Source: an uncultured candidatus Porisulfidus sp.
GTDB lineage: Bacteria; Pseudomonadota; Gammaproteobacteria; Poriferisulfidales; Poriferisulfidaceae
DNA length: 64,000 bases
NCBI GenBank assembly: GCA_965116525.1
Contig: OZ220694.1
Location: 952,879-1,016,878 of the forward strand
Direction of reading: 5' to 3'
Part shown: positions 39,986-50,375 of the stretch, piece by piece
Layout of the letters: every line of letters begins with the position of its first letter
How positions within the stretch are numbered: position 1 is the stretch's first letter
The notes under the pieces: generated by a model
The model's input: the letters and a program-made list of their open reading frames with translations, nothing else
Told to the model about the DNA's origin: nothing
Databases searched by the model: none
Position numbers and translations under genes: made by a program

Positions 39986-40497
39986 TCCCGAGACCTCGAC
40001 AATTGTCCGGCACGCCGGAGGATGTCCGCAAGTCCCTGCAGGATCAGTAGTCCCGATGCGACTGGAATGATGGTCTTCAGCAGATACAGGAACGGCAATC
40101 CATCTGTCTCGCGCGACGCCTCGCGCAACAACCAGGCTCTTTCCGCGTAGTCGTACGATAGCCAGAACAGCAGGCCTGCGGTCGGTAGCAACAGGAACAC
40201 CGAGCCGAGCAGGTCGACCCAGGCCTGGGCGCGCGGCTTCAGGGAACGGTACAGCACATCCATGCGCACATGCCCGTCAAGACGCAGGGTCCAGGCTGCG
40301 GCCAGCATGAACACGGTGGCATGCAGATACGTGATGATTTCCTGCAGGTAGATCCGCCCGAACCCGAACCCGTAGCGCAAGACCACCACGGTGGCGGTCA
40401 GGAGCACCATGGCCAGTGTCAGCCAGGCCACGGCTCTCCCCACGTAAGCGCATAGTGCGCTCAGCGCCCGGTCAATGGCAGCAAGAAAATCGGACAT
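39982..40497 (-). CDS. dctQ: TRAP transporter small permease subunit
   Basis: 171 aa, 4 TM, directly upstream of and overlapping dctM. Confidence 0.8.
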   Translation of the reverse strand: MSDFLAAIDRALSALCAYVGRAVAWLTLAMVLLTATVVVLRYGFGFGRIYLQEIITYLHATVFMLAAAWTLRLDGHVRMDVLYRSLKPRAQAWVDLLGSVFLLLPTAGLLFWLSYDYAERAWLLREASRETDGLPFLYLLKTIIPVASGLLILQGLADILRRAGQLSRSRE

Positions 40498-40617
40498 GGG
40501 GGTGTTCGGAAGCGGAAACTTTATCGTACAGCATCAGCACGGAGAGATAAGTTTTGCGGAGGCAAAAGGCACCTTGCCCTGGAATGCTTGGCCGGCTCGG
40601 CGTCGAAGCCGAATTGT

Positions 40618-41034
40618 TCAATCCGTCGCCCTGCTTCCTTCCTCCCGGCGCGCCTGCGCGCAGATGCGATCCATGTCCGCATCCGAGAAGCCGAAGTGGT
40701 GTCCGATCTCGTGTAGCAGTATCTCGCGGACGATGTCTCCCAGGTCGCCGCCCTCCTCTTTCCAGTATTCCAGTATCGGGCGCCGGTACAGGTAGACGTG
40801 ATCCAAGTCTTGCGGCAAGTCGTCCACCGATTTCTGATCCAGGCTGACGCCGTGGTAGAGCCCGAGCAAGTCGAACGGGCTATCCAGCGCCATCTCGCGG
40901 CATGTCTCCTCGTCGGGGAAGTCGTGCACGTGAATAGCGACGGCAGTGGCATGGCGCGCCAGTTCGCGCGGAATTTCCGCAAACGCCTGATCGGCCAGCA
41001 CCTCGATGTCATGCAGGGAGGGAAAGGAGGGCAT
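40618..41034 (-). CDS. zincin-like metallopeptidase-domain protein (HExxH)
   Basis: 138 aa with HEIGHHFG zinc-binding motif, of the small 'Zn-dependent protease' type. Confidence 0.65.
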   Translation of the reverse strand: MPSFPSLHDIEVLADQAFAEIPRELARHATAVAIHVHDFPDEETCREMALDSPFDLLGLYHGVSLDQKSVDDLPQDLDHVYLYRRPILEYWKEEGGDLGDIVREILLHEIGHHFGFSDADMDRICAQARREEGSRATD

Positions 41035-41116
41035 AGGCGCGTGCCGGGGAAAGCAGGGAATTTTCTTGTGCGCGGAGAGTCATTTATATAATACCGTTCC
41101 ATCCGAATTCTTTGAT

Positions 41117-43834
41117 ATGGCTGATCCTAAAACGCGGCCCAACCTGTTGCTGGTCGACGGTTCCGCCTACCTGCATCGTTCCTACCACGTACACACCAGT
41201 CTGACGGATCACAAAGGGCGCCCGACCGGTGCCATTTTCGGTGTGATCAACACCCTGCAAAAACAATTGCGTTTGACCTCCCCGGACTACGTGGCAATAG
41301 TCATGGATGCTCCCGGGAAAAACTTCCGCCACGACCTGTATCCGGAATACAAGGCGAACCGCAAGCCGATGGAAGAGGACCTCAGGTCGCAGATCGAACC
41401 CTTGCACCAGATCCTCGAGGCGCAGGGCTTGCCGTTGCTGATCGTGCCGGATGTCGAGGCCGACGACGTCATCGGCACGTTGGCCCATCAGGGGGAGGCC
41501 GACGGCATGGACGTGATCGTCTTGTCCGGCGACAAAGACATGGCGCAACTGGTCACCGACCACGTGACTTTGCTGGACATCGACCGTCCTCCCATGAATG
41601 CCGCACGGGTGATGGAGAAATTCGAGGTACGCCCGGACCAGTTTATTGACTTTCTGACTTTGGCCGGGGATGCGGTGGACAATATCCCGGGTGTGCCGAA
41701 GGTCGGGTACAAAACCGCCGCAAAGTGGCTGCGTCAGTATGATTCACTCGCGAATCTTGTCGAGAATGTCGACGAGATCAAAGGCAAAGCAGGTGAGAAT
41801 TTACGCGACAGCCTGGATCGGCTCCCGCTATATCGGGAATTGGTCACCATCCGGCTCGACGTCGAACTAGACCGGACTCTGCGCGATCTGGTGCGCGGCC
41901 CCCAGGACCGCTCTCGTCTTGAGGCACTGTACGAAGAATACGCACTTCGCTCTTTCCTGCGCGAGTTGCGGACATCCAACGAAGTCGATACCGACAATCC
42001 GGGTCTGCTGTCGCGGGGAAATGGGAAGAAAAACTATGCCACAGTGCTGGACTTGGAAGAACTGGACCAGTGGCTGGCACGTGCGCGCAAGGCTGGAACT
42101 TTTGCAGTGGATACCGAGACCACCGGCCTGGATCCCAACCATGCCGGGCTGGTCGGGGTTTCTCTTGCGACGGCACCGGGCGAGGCGGCGTACATCCCGG
42201 TCGGCCATGTTGCTCCCGATTCCCCGCCGCAGCTTGCCTGGGAACAGGTGCGGCAACGATTGCAGCCCCTGCTAACCGATCCCAAGCTGATCAAGGTCGG
42301 CCACAATCTTCAATACGATCTGACGATCCTGCGCCGCCACGGCATTGAGATCAGCAGCCCGTTTCACGACAGCATGCTGGAGTCGTATGTCCACCATTCA
42401 ACGGCCAGCCGGCACAATCTGGATGATCTGTCCCGGGTGTATCTGGGCGAGGAGACCATCCGCTATAAGGAGGTTGCGGGGATAGGCAAGAAGCAGGTCA
42501 GTTTCGATATGGTGCCGATTGGCCTGGCCAGCCCCTATGCTGCCGAAGATGCGGACATGACCCTGCGCCTGCATTGTCACCTATGGCCCAAGCTGCAAGA
42601 GATCCCGACTCTTCAGAAGATCTACGGGGAGATGGAAATGCCGTTGTCGGAAGTGTTGGCCGACATGGAACGGACTGGCGTGGCGATCAATGCCGCGGCC
42701 TTGCAGGAGCAGTCAGAGGAACTGCGGGAGGAACTCGAGGCGATCAAGAAGGACATCGCCCAGGAGTGTGGGCAAGAACTCAACCTGAACTCTGTTCCCG
42801 ACTTGCAACGGGTGCTGTTTGAGGAACGCGGGCTGAAGCCGTTGCGCAAGACCCCCAAGGGTGCCCCCTCCACAGCCGAGGATGTCTTGGAAACACTGGC
42901 CGAGCAGGATGTCCTGCCGCGCATGATCCTGAACTATCGGCAATCCACTAAGTTACTGTCTACCTACGTCGGTAAGCTGCCGGAGATGATCAATCCCGAG
43001 ACCGGCCGCCTGCACGCCTCGTTCCATCAGGCGGTCACGGCCACGGGGCGGCTGTCCTCGTCCAACCCCAACCTGCAGAATATCCCGATTCGAACCGAAC
43101 AGGGTCGGCGCGTCCGTCAAGCGTTCGTGGCCCGCCCGGGGGATGTTCTGATCGCGGCCGACTATTCGCAGATCGAACTTCGAATCATGGCGCATATTTC
43201 GAGAGACCCGACGCTGTGCCGGGCTTTCGAGGAAGGGGGAGACGTGCACCGGGCCACCGCCGCGGAAGTCTTTGGCATCACACCCGGCGAGGTGACGGAG
43301 GATCAGCGACGCACCGCAAAGGCCATCAATTTCGGCCTGATGTACGGCATGAGCGGGTTTGGTCTCGCACGGCAGTTGCGGATCGCAAGGGACAAGGCGG
43401 AAACCTACGTGACGACCTATTTCGACCGCTATCCGGAAGTCCTCGGTTACATGGAGCAGATGCGCGAACAGGCCCGCAAACGTGGTTTTGTGGAGACTGT
43501 ATTCGGCAGGCGGCTATATATCGACGGGATTGATTCGAAGAATTACAACCAACGCCAGTACGCGGAGCGCACCGCGATCAACGCGCCCATGCAGGGTACG
43601 GCGGCTGATATCATCAAACTCGCCATGATCGATGTCCACCGCTGGTTGAAGGAGAGGCATCCGGATTGCTTCCTCATCATGCAGGTGCACGACGAATTGG
43701 TGCTGGAGGTGCCGCGAGAGAAGGTCGAGGAGATTACCGAGGGCGTCCGGGAACGCATGATAGGGGTGGCTGGTCTAGATGTGCCGATGATGGTGGATGC
43801 CCGCCACGGCGACAACTGGGAGCAGGCGCACTGA
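41117..43834 (+). CDS. polA: DNA polymerase I
   Basis: 5'-3' exonuclease N-terminus (LLLVDGSAYLHRSYH), 3'-5' exo (FAVDTETTGLD), and polymerase motifs (RRTAKAINFGLMYG, VHDELVLEV). The true ATG is at 41117; the track ORF starts earlier. Confidence 0.95.
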   Translation: MADPKTRPNLLLVDGSAYLHRSYHVHTSLTDHKGRPTGAIFGVINTLQKQLRLTSPDYVAIVMDAPGKNFRHDLYPEYKANRKPMEEDLRSQIEPLHQILEAQGLPLLIVPDVEADDVIGTLAHQGEADGMDVIVLSGDKDMAQLVTDHVTLLDIDRPPMNAARVMEKFEVRPDQFIDFLTLAGDAVDNIPGVPKVGYKTAAKWLRQYDSLANLVENVDEIKGKAGENLRDSLDRLPLYRELVTIRLDVELDRTLRDLVRGPQDRSRLEALYEEYALRSFLRELRTSNEVDTDNPGLLSRGNGKKNYATVLDLEELDQWLARARKAGTFAVDTETTGLDPNHAGLVGVSLATAPGEAAYIPVGHVAPDSPPQLAWEQVRQRLQPLLTDPKLIKVGHNLQYDLTILRRHGIEISSPFHDSMLESYVHHSTASRHNLDDLSRVYLGEETIRYKEVAGIGKKQVSFDMVPIGLASPYAAEDADMTLRLHCHLWPKLQEIPTLQKIYGEMEMPLSEVLADMERTGVAINAAALQEQSEELREELEAIKKDIAQECGQELNLNSVPDLQRVLFEERGLKPLRKTPKGAPSTAEDVLETLAEQDVLPRMILNYRQSTKLLSTYVGKLPEMINPETGRLHASFHQAVTATGRLSSSNPNLQNIPIRTEQGRRVRQAFVARPGDVLIAADYSQIELRIMAHISRDPTLCRAFEEGGDVHRATAAEVFGITPGEVTEDQRRTAKAINFGLMYGMSGFGLARQLRIARDKAETYVTTYFDRYPEVLGYMEQMREQARKRGFVETVFGRRLYIDGIDSKNYNQRQYAERTAINAPMQGTAADIIKLAMIDVHRWLKERHPDCFLIMQVHDELVLEVPREKVEEITEGVRERMIGVAGLDVPMMVDARHGDNWEQAH

Positions 43835-43924
43835 GCGTTGTGGCGGGAATAAGCGGAGTTGAGGCTAGGATTCCGCAAAAGACGAGAGTGACATTTGGCC
43901 TAAAGACGGCTATGCGGTACACTA

Positions 43925-44106
43925 CGAATCAAGGGGGAACTTTTCTAGCCTCTGGGGGGTCTCAACGGTTATCACCGTATCCGGAATCCCCTGTCGGGTA
44001 CGGTTCGGCTCCGGCACAACGCCCTCTGTTTGCGCCGGAGCCACCTTCCCGGATTAAATCAGACTGGTACCGGGCGGAAATTGTTTCCGCCTTATTTTTA
44101 TTTTCT
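43925..44106 (+). ncRNA. candidate small RNA downstream of polA (position equivalent to spf/Spot 42 in enterics), ending in an intrinsic terminator
   Basis: A 270-nt non-coding gap after polA contains a possible promoter (TTTGGC-N18-TACACT) and an internal 9-bp stem (GGCTCCGGC...GCCGGAGCC). It ends in a strong terminator (GGCGGAAA-TTG-TTTCCGCC + TTATTTTTATTTT, 44073-44106). No sequence similarity to E. coli Spot 42 was recognised. Confidence 0.3.
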
Positions 44107-44128
44107 CAAGAGTGACTGAGCCAGGGGC

Positions 44129-44764
44129 TCAGGGTTTTTCGCGAATCAGAAAATCTGCGATATCCAGAATCATCTGGTAACTGTTCGCGTGCTTGGTGGT
44201 GATCCGATAACGCCCGTCGACCACCAGGGCTGGCACGCCGTCGATGCCGTAGGCTTCAGGCAATTCGCGGGCTTCTTCCAGGCGGTCGGTGACAGCCTGT
44301 GAGCGAAATACTTCCGCGAAAGCTGCTGGATCAATGTCGAAAGGTTCCAGCATGCGTCCGATGCCTTCGCCGGTCTTGAGCGGGCGATCCTGCTCGTGCA
44401 CGAGATAGAAAACAACGGGATGCAGATCCAATCGGCCCATCGACTCTAGCGCGTAGTACACTCGGGCTCCCACTGCCCATCGTGCGCTGAACACGGTCGG
44501 CAGCAGCCGTAGCTGTACGGTGTCGGTGCGTTCCTCAAGCCACTGTTTGAGCAGCGGCTCCATTCTGTGGCAATGCGGGCAGCCGTACCAGAAAAACTCG
44601 AGCAGTTCAGTCTTCCCTTCCGGCGCTTGGGCGGGCGGAACATTTTCCAGCACGGTGTAGTGCTGGTCTTCCAGGTATTGGGGAGTTGCGGAGTCGTCCG
44701 CGGAGACGGTTATCGCCAGCAGTCCCGCCAGACCGAACGCAGCGAACCGCAAAGGAACCATCAA
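44129..44764 (-). CDS. dsbA: thiol:disulfide interchange protein DsbA
   Basis: Signal peptide plus CPHC active site (FFWYGCPHCHRMEP) in a thioredoxin fold. Confidence 0.88.
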   Translation of the reverse strand: MMVPLRFAAFGLAGLLAITVSADDSATPQYLEDQHYTVLENVPPAQAPEGKTELLEFFWYGCPHCHRMEPLLKQWLEERTDTVQLRLLPTVFSARWAVGARVYYALESMGRLDLHPVVFYLVHEQDRPLKTGEGIGRMLEPFDIDPAAFAEVFRSQAVTDRLEEARELPEAYGIDGVPALVVDGRYRITTKHANSYQMILDIADFLIREKP

Positions 44765-45390
44765 TACAGGCCGGAAATGTAATGTGCGACGGCTTCGATT
44801 TCCTCATCGGTCATCTTGGCCGCGACCTCATTCATCATGGGGTTCTGCCGGGTATGGATCTTGTGTGCCTCGAAACCTTCGCGGAAGGATTTAAGCTGCA
44901 AGATGACATACGTGGCGTGCTGGCCAGCCAGTCGCGGGAATTGGGCGGGTTCGTTGCCGGCGCCGCCAGGACCGTGGCAGGCAATGCAGGAGGGGATGCC
45001 GCGCTCAAGGATACCGCCGCGATAGATCAACTCACCCAGATCCAAGGTTTTCTGATCGGCTTGGGCAACGCCGATTTTGGAGGTCTGTGCCGCGTAATAG
45101 GCGGACACGTCCAGGATATCCTGCTCGGATAAGGTCGTGGCCTGTGGGGACATCAAGACATTTTCACGCTCGCCGGACTGGAACCGCTTCAACTGGGTCA
45201 CCATATAGGAGGCTCCCTGCCCTGCTAGGCTGGGCCATTCCGGGTTGATGCTATTCCCGTCGATGCCGTGGCAGGCCGCGCAGACTGCCGCACGCGCCTG
45301 GCCTGCGGCCGGGTCGCCTTCGGCGAAGGCCGGAGATGTCAGAAAAACGATGCCGGGCGCAAGTGCTGCCCAGATCCAGTGCCGAGTCAT
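44761..45390 (-). CDS. dihaem cytochrome c4
   Basis: Signal peptide and two CxxCH haem-binding motifs (CAACHG, CIACHG) ~100 aa apart. Confidence 0.85.
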   Translation of the reverse strand: MTRHWIWAALAPGIVFLTSPAFAEGDPAAGQARAAVCAACHGIDGNSINPEWPSLAGQGASYMVTQLKRFQSGERENVLMSPQATTLSEQDILDVSAYYAAQTSKIGVAQADQKTLDLGELIYRGGILERGIPSCIACHGPGGAGNEPAQFPRLAGQHATYVILQLKSFREGFEAHKIHTRQNPMMNEVAAKMTDEEIEAVAHYISGLY

Positions 45391-45565
45391 TGAGTATGCG
45401 GGAAAGGTATTCCGTACAGGCGCGCCATTGTATCAAACTGCCTTGCGAATCGTGCGGCGGATTGGAAATATGGAGCCGAGGCAGCGGGTGCAATGGAGAA
45501 TGATAAAGACTCTTGCCCGAAGACGCCGCTAGAATGAGGTTTCGTTTTCGAGCACAAGACTCTGG

Positions 45566-46129
45566 ATGAGCATCGACAAAGGCACGCGGGCACGGGCCTT
45601 GAACCAGCGGCCTTGCATGGTTTGGCTGACAGGCTTGCCGAGTGCAGGCAAGTCGACGATCGCGGATCTGCTGGAACAGAGGCTTGGAGCCTTGGGTCGA
45701 CACACGTACCTTCTGGATGGAGACAATATCCGCCTCGGGTTGAGTCGGGATCTTGCCTTTACGCGCCCGGACCGGGTGGAGAATGTTCGCCGGATTTCCG
45801 AGGTCGCCAAGTTGATGGTGGATGCCGGCCTGATCGCCATCGTTGCCGTCATTTCCCCGTTCCGCTCGGAGCGCGCAAGAGCCCGGGCTCTGATGGAGGA
45901 TGGAGAGTTTGTCGAAGTTTTTGTCGATGCGCCGATTGAAGTCTGTGAGGCGCGCGATGTAAAAGGTCTTTACGCGAAGGCCCGCAGGGGCGATATCCCT
46001 GATTTCACAGGCATCGACTCACCCTACGAGCCCCCGGAGAATCCGGAATTGCGCATTAATACGGTAGAGTTGTCGCCCGACGAAGCGGTGGACGAGATTC
46101 TGCAATTCCTCCAGGAACGGGAGCGGTGA
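45566..46129 (+). CDS. cysC: adenylyl-sulfate kinase
   Basis: VWLTGLPSAGKSTIA P-loop and LDGDNIRLGL...FISPF motifs of APS kinase. Confidence 0.9.
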   Translation: MSIDKGTRARALNQRPCMVWLTGLPSAGKSTIADLLEQRLGALGRHTYLLDGDNIRLGLSRDLAFTRPDRVENVRRISEVAKLMVDAGLIAIVAVISPFRSERARARALMEDGEFVEVFVDAPIEVCEARDVKGLYAKARRGDIPDFTGIDSPYEPPENPELRINTVELSPDEAVDEILQFLQERER

Positions 46130-46746
46130 AAGAACAACAACAGGATTTGCGCCAGGCCGTCTATCTCTCTGGACATCCGCGGGTGGAAAGCTGCCCGCCG
46201 GATCAGGGAGTGGAAGTCGCCTTCGCCGGGCGCTCCAATGTCGGCAAGTCAAGCCTGATCAACGCCCTGTGCGAGCGACGCTCGCTGGCGCGTACCAGTG
46301 CAGCTCCGGGCCGGACCCGCCTACTCCACTTTTTCGCCGTGGACGATGTACGTCGCCTGGTGGATCTGCCGGGCTATGGCTTCGCGCGGGCCTCCAAAGC
46401 CGAACGCGCAAGCTGGCAGCGCATGGTGGAGGGATATCTCCGGAACCGTAACAGCCTCGTTCGTTTGATGTTGCTCATGGATGTCCGCCATCCGCTGCGC
46501 GACAGCGACGGGCAGTTGCTGGAGTGGTGTAGCGCCGTGGATTTGCCGGTGCATGTCTTGTTGAACAAGGCGGACAAATTGTCGCGCTCCAAGGCGCAAC
46601 GCACTCTGACTGATTTGCAGAAGGCGCTTCAGGACGGGAATGACACGCCGATCAGTCTGGTGTCGGCGCGAACCGGCCTTGGACTGGAAGCAGTCCGCGA
46701 AACTTTGCGCGCGTACTTGAACGAGGATGAGATGCCGGCCGTGTAA
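46126..46746 (+). CDS. engB: ribosome-biogenesis GTP-binding protein YihA/EngB
   Basis: VAFAGRSNVGKSSLINAL G1 motif, DLPGYGFA G3, LNKADK G4. Confidence 0.9.
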   Translation: MKEQQQDLRQAVYLSGHPRVESCPPDQGVEVAFAGRSNVGKSSLINALCERRSLARTSAAPGRTRLLHFFAVDDVRRLVDLPGYGFARASKAERASWQRMVEGYLRNRNSLVRLMLLMDVRHPLRDSDGQLLEWCSAVDLPVHVLLNKADKLSRSKAQRTLTDLQKALQDGNDTPISLVSARTGLGLEAVRETLRAYLNEDEMPAV

Positions 46747-46761
46747 AGGCCGAGTACCCCG

Positions 46762-48210
46762 TCAGTGCCGGTGTGCCGATGGGATCGTGGCTTCGGCTGT
46801 ACCGGATTCCCGCAGGTTCATGCCGAGCCCGCTTCCGGCCAGATAGACCAGGAAGCCGACAGCAAACCCGAGGAGCCCTTTGTAGTGAAGGGCCAGGCCC
46901 GGGACCATATGCCAGAGCAGGACGCAAACCACGCCCGCAACCAGCATGGCGATGGCCAGCGATTGGCTGGGACGTCCGCCGAGTGCATATACTGCGATTA
47001 ACGGGCCGAATGCTGCCCCCATCATGGACCAGGCGAGGATAACCAGCGTAAAGACGCTTTGATCCCCGGTCAGCGCGATTGCCAGCGCCACCAAGGTCAT
47101 CAGGAGTGTGCCGCCCTTGACGATGAACAGGGGTAAGCGGTCTTCCGGGGCGAAATCGTCGGTGAGGTTTGCCGCGCAACTCAGGATCAGGGAGTCCGCC
47201 GTAGAGAGGGTGGCGGCAAACATTCCCGCGATGACGACCCCCACCAGGATCCCCGGCAGCAAGTCAAGCGCCACCGTCGGCAACGCCAGTTCGGCGTCGA
47301 ATACAGTTTCGGGGGGTAACAGGACCCGGGTCAGCAAGCCGATGGAACTAGCCAACAGCCCGAACAAAAGGCTCCAGGTGTAGTAATAGAGACGAGCCTG
47401 GTTGGTATTCTCCGGGCGGTCGAGCGTCATGAAGCGCACCATGATATGGGGTTGCCCGACGACGCAGAATCCCCCGACGATCCAGCCCAAGCCGAAGAGC
47501 AATGGCCCCATTGCGCCGAACCCGAGATCTGGAGGAATCAGGTCCAGGTGCGTGGGCGAAACCGCATCCAACGCTGCCCAGGCGGCAGGAATGCCTCCAA
47601 GAGAGTCGAGCGCCACCACCAACAGGACGAACATGGCAATCAGCATCACGATGGACTGCAAGGCATCCGTCCAGATGGAAGCGCGGATTCCTCCGGCCCA
47701 GCAGTAACTCGCGACAATGCTCGCGCCGAGCAGAGCGCCGACGAATTCTTCCCAGCCGAACAGGACATGCAGCGCCTTGCTGCCTGCCACGAGCTGTGCC
47801 GCCGCGTATGTGGACAGGAAAATCAGAGAAACGAATCCGGCCAGATGACGATATATCCGGAAGTCGGTGCCATTCCAGTGGCTCAGGATGCCGGCGTAGG
47901 TTTCGGCATGTCCCATAGCTGTCACGGTGCGCAATCGGCGGTGGATAAAGGATGAGGCAATGAAGTCGCCGAGAAGCATTCCGAGCCCCAACCAGATGGA
48001 AGGCAGGCCGACCAGATAGGCGAAGCCGATCAGCCCCGTGAACATGTAGCCGCTGTTGCTGGTCGCGCCGGCCGAAAGTCCTGCAAGCCAAGGCGGTGTT
48101 TCCTGGCTGGCAAGTAAATAGTCACGGTGGCTGTGGCGGGAATGCAGGTGCGCGAACAGCCCGATGCCTAGAAACAGGGCCATGAAGAAGATGAAGGAAG
48201 CGACGATCAT
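46762..48210 (-). CDS. sodium:solute symporter family (SSF) transporter
   Basis: 482 aa, ~13 TM, SSF-type N-terminal motifs (YLLASQETPPWLAGLSAGATSNSGYMFTGLIG). Confidence 0.8.
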   Translation of the reverse strand: MIVASFIFFMALFLGIGLFAHLHSRHSHRDYLLASQETPPWLAGLSAGATSNSGYMFTGLIGFAYLVGLPSIWLGLGMLLGDFIASSFIHRRLRTVTAMGHAETYAGILSHWNGTDFRIYRHLAGFVSLIFLSTYAAAQLVAGSKALHVLFGWEEFVGALLGASIVASYCWAGGIRASIWTDALQSIVMLIAMFVLLVVALDSLGGIPAAWAALDAVSPTHLDLIPPDLGFGAMGPLLFGLGWIVGGFCVVGQPHIMVRFMTLDRPENTNQARLYYYTWSLLFGLLASSIGLLTRVLLPPETVFDAELALPTVALDLLPGILVGVVIAGMFAATLSTADSLILSCAANLTDDFAPEDRLPLFIVKGGTLLMTLVALAIALTGDQSVFTLVILAWSMMGAAFGPLIAVYALGGRPSQSLAIAMLVAGVVCVLLWHMVPGLALHYKGLLGFAVGFLVYLAGSGLGMNLRESGTAEATIPSAHRH

Positions 48211-48265
48211 GGAAGAAGTGACACATCCCGCAACCTGGCGGGAGTATCAGAATGCCAGTAGCATT

Positions 48266-48937
48266 CTACATATTGCTAGATTTTTGGAGCAACCAGCCCA
48301 TCACCACGGTGGCTACGACAGCTCCAATCAACTGCATGAGAATGAACAGTGGTGCGTCCTCGGGTCGTATGCCGGAAAACGTGTCGGTGAAAGAGCGGGC
48401 GATCGTCACGGCCGGGTTCGCAAATGAGGTCGACGAAGTGAACCAGTAGCCGGCTGAGATGAACAATCCGACTGCGTATGGCACTGCGGCCGCGCAGTAG
48501 CGCAAGCATCCGAGTATGGTGGCCAAAAGGCCGAAGGTCGCCATGAATTCGCCGACCCAGACGCCGATGCCCGTGCGCGCATTGAGCGACGCCGTGAACG
48601 CCGGCTCACCGAACATGACGTGCGCGAGCCAGACTCCACACAACCCTCCGGCAATCTGCACGGATACGTAAGCGAAAGACGCACTCGGGGTGATTTCCCG
48701 GCGGATCAGGAACCCAAGAGTGACCGCGGGATTGAAATGGCCTCCCGAGACCGGGCCGTAAATCAGAATCAGCACGGCGAGGATGGCGCCAGTCGCAAGC
48801 GTGTTGCCGAGAAGCGCGATGGCGTCGTTGCCACCGGCCAAGGCCTCGCCCATGATGCCGGATCCGACCACGGTGGACAGCAAGAAAAGTGTGCCGAGAA
48901 ATTCAGCGGTCAGGCGCCGAGGGAGAGTCGCTTGCAT
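48266..48937 (-). CDS. aqpZ: aquaporin (MIP family, AqpZ-like)
   Basis: AEFLGTLFLL...SGGHFNPAVT (first NPA), second NPA region and the 6-TM layout. Start chosen at MQATLPRR; the ORF track extends 13 codons further. Confidence 0.85.
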   Translation of the reverse strand: MQATLPRRLTAEFLGTLFLLSTVVGSGIMGEALAGGNDAIALLGNTLATGAILAVLILIYGPVSGGHFNPAVTLGFLIRREITPSASFAYVSVQIAGGLCGVWLAHVMFGEPAFTASLNARTGIGVWVGEFMATFGLLATILGCLRYCAAAVPYAVGLFISAGYWFTSSTSFANPAVTIARSFTDTFSGIRPEDAPLFILMQLIGAVVATVVMGWLLQKSSNM

Positions 48938-49027
48938 GATAAGGAGTTCGTTCGACCGCAACCGCGGCAGCAACATTCTAGTTTGCGGACTGGCTGTTAC
49001 TGGTTTATGACAGGAGCGGAGTGCCTA

Positions 49028-50362
49028 TCACTTCCCGATGCAGAACCGGCCGAAGATTTCCCCGAGGAGGTCGTCGGCGGTGAATTCTCCGGTCAGCGCC
49101 CCTAGGGCTTCCTGGGCAAGCCGAAGTTCCTCCGCGATCAATTCTCCGCCTTGGGCTTGGGTCGCACGCTTCAACGCCTCGCCGGTTTCGATCAGGGCGT
49201 CGATCTGCCGCTGGTGCGCCATGAATTCATCTTCTTCCAGTGCGCTTTCGAGTTCCAGCAGTCGGATGATTTGCTCCTTGAGTGCTTCGACTCCGTGACC
49301 GAGCTTCGCCGACAAGTGAATGGCGTCTTCGGGTCCGGATGCCGGGACGCCGTCGGCTAGCAGGTCGCACTTGTTGGCCAGCACCAAGGCCGGACACTCC
49401 GGCAGGCGATTTTTGATTTCCTCGTCCGCTTCGCTCCAGCCGGCATGCGCATCGAACACCTGCAGGATCAAATCGGCTTCTTCGGCGGCACGCCAACTGC
49501 GCCGGATGCCCTCGACCTCCGCCTCGGCTTCCGCCGGGCGGATGCCGGCCGTGTCGGCCAGAATCAGCGGAATGCCGTCGATCTGAAACGATGCGGTCAA
49601 TACGTCTCGGGTGGTGCCCGGCTGCGCGGTTACGATCGCCGTGTCAGCTCCCGTGAAGTGATTAAGCAGGCTGGACTTGCCCACATTGGGCGGGCCGAGC
49701 AGCGCCAGGCGGATACCCACGCCCACGGTTCTTCCCTGCCGAGCCCGGCGGATCAATTCCTCCACCTGCCCCGCAAGTCCCGATAACCGGCTTCCGAAAT
49801 CAGATTCCGCCAGCCAGTCCACATCTTCATCCGGGAAATCCAAGGCTCCTTCAATATAGACCCTGATATCGACTATTTCCTGCAAGATAGATGATATTTC
49901 GCGTGAAATGTCGCCTTTTAGTACCCTGGCAGCGCATCGGGCCGCCCGTCCCGTGGTGGCCGCGATCAGGTCGGCGACCGCTTGGGCCTGGGCCAAGTCC
50001 ATTTTGTCGGCCTCGAATGCCCGGCGGCTGAATTCTCCGGGTTCGGCCGGGCGAGCACCGAGCGAGCGCAACCGGAAAAGCAGGGCCTCGATCACCGCAG
50101 GTGCGCCGTGGCAGGAAATCTCCAGTACATCTTCGCCGGTGGCCGAGGCGGGAGCGGGATAGAACGTCAGCACGCCCTGGTCCAGCGTACGGCCTTCGGC
50201 ATCGTGCAGGGTCCGGAGGCAGGCGGTGCGGGACGGGAGGAGTGCCTCGCCGCTGAGTCGGCGGGCCAGATCTGGAACCCGGGGACCGCTCGCGCGTATG
50301 AGGGCGAGTGCGCCGCGCCCGGGCGGGGTAGACAAAGCGACGATCGTGTCGCCGGAATTCAT
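49028..50362 (-). CDS. mnmE: tRNA modification GTPase MnmE
   Basis: IVALSTPPGRGALALIR..., G-domain (GPPNVGKSSLLN), C-terminal CIGK. Confidence 0.93.
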   Translation of the reverse strand: MNSGDTIVALSTPPGRGALALIRASGPRVPDLARRLSGEALLPSRTACLRTLHDAEGRTLDQGVLTFYPAPASATGEDVLEISCHGAPAVIEALLFRLRSLGARPAEPGEFSRRAFEADKMDLAQAQAVADLIAATTGRAARCAARVLKGDISREISSILQEIVDIRVYIEGALDFPDEDVDWLAESDFGSRLSGLAGQVEELIRRARQGRTVGVGIRLALLGPPNVGKSSLLNHFTGADTAIVTAQPGTTRDVLTASFQIDGIPLILADTAGIRPAEAEAEVEGIRRSWRAAEEADLILQVFDAHAGWSEADEEIKNRLPECPALVLANKCDLLADGVPASGPEDAIHLSAKLGHGVEALKEQIIRLLELESALEEDEFMAHQRQIDALIETGEALKRATQAQGGELIAEELRLAQEALGALTGEFTADDLLGEIFGRFCIGK

Positions 50363-50375
50363 GCCGGTGGCGGCA

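Noticed and set aside
41006-41116. Upstream extension of the polA ORF
   Set aside because: The conserved Pol I N-terminus starts at MADPKTRPNLLLVDG (ATG 41117). The upstream part overlaps the divergent metallopeptidase gene region.
44116-44135. Second hairpin (CTGAGCC-AGG-GGCTCAG + GGTTTTTCG) considered as an independent terminator for dsbA
   Set aside because: It overlaps the dsbA stop codon and has a U-tract only on the plus strand, so it more likely belongs to the plus-strand transcript from the polA-downstream region.
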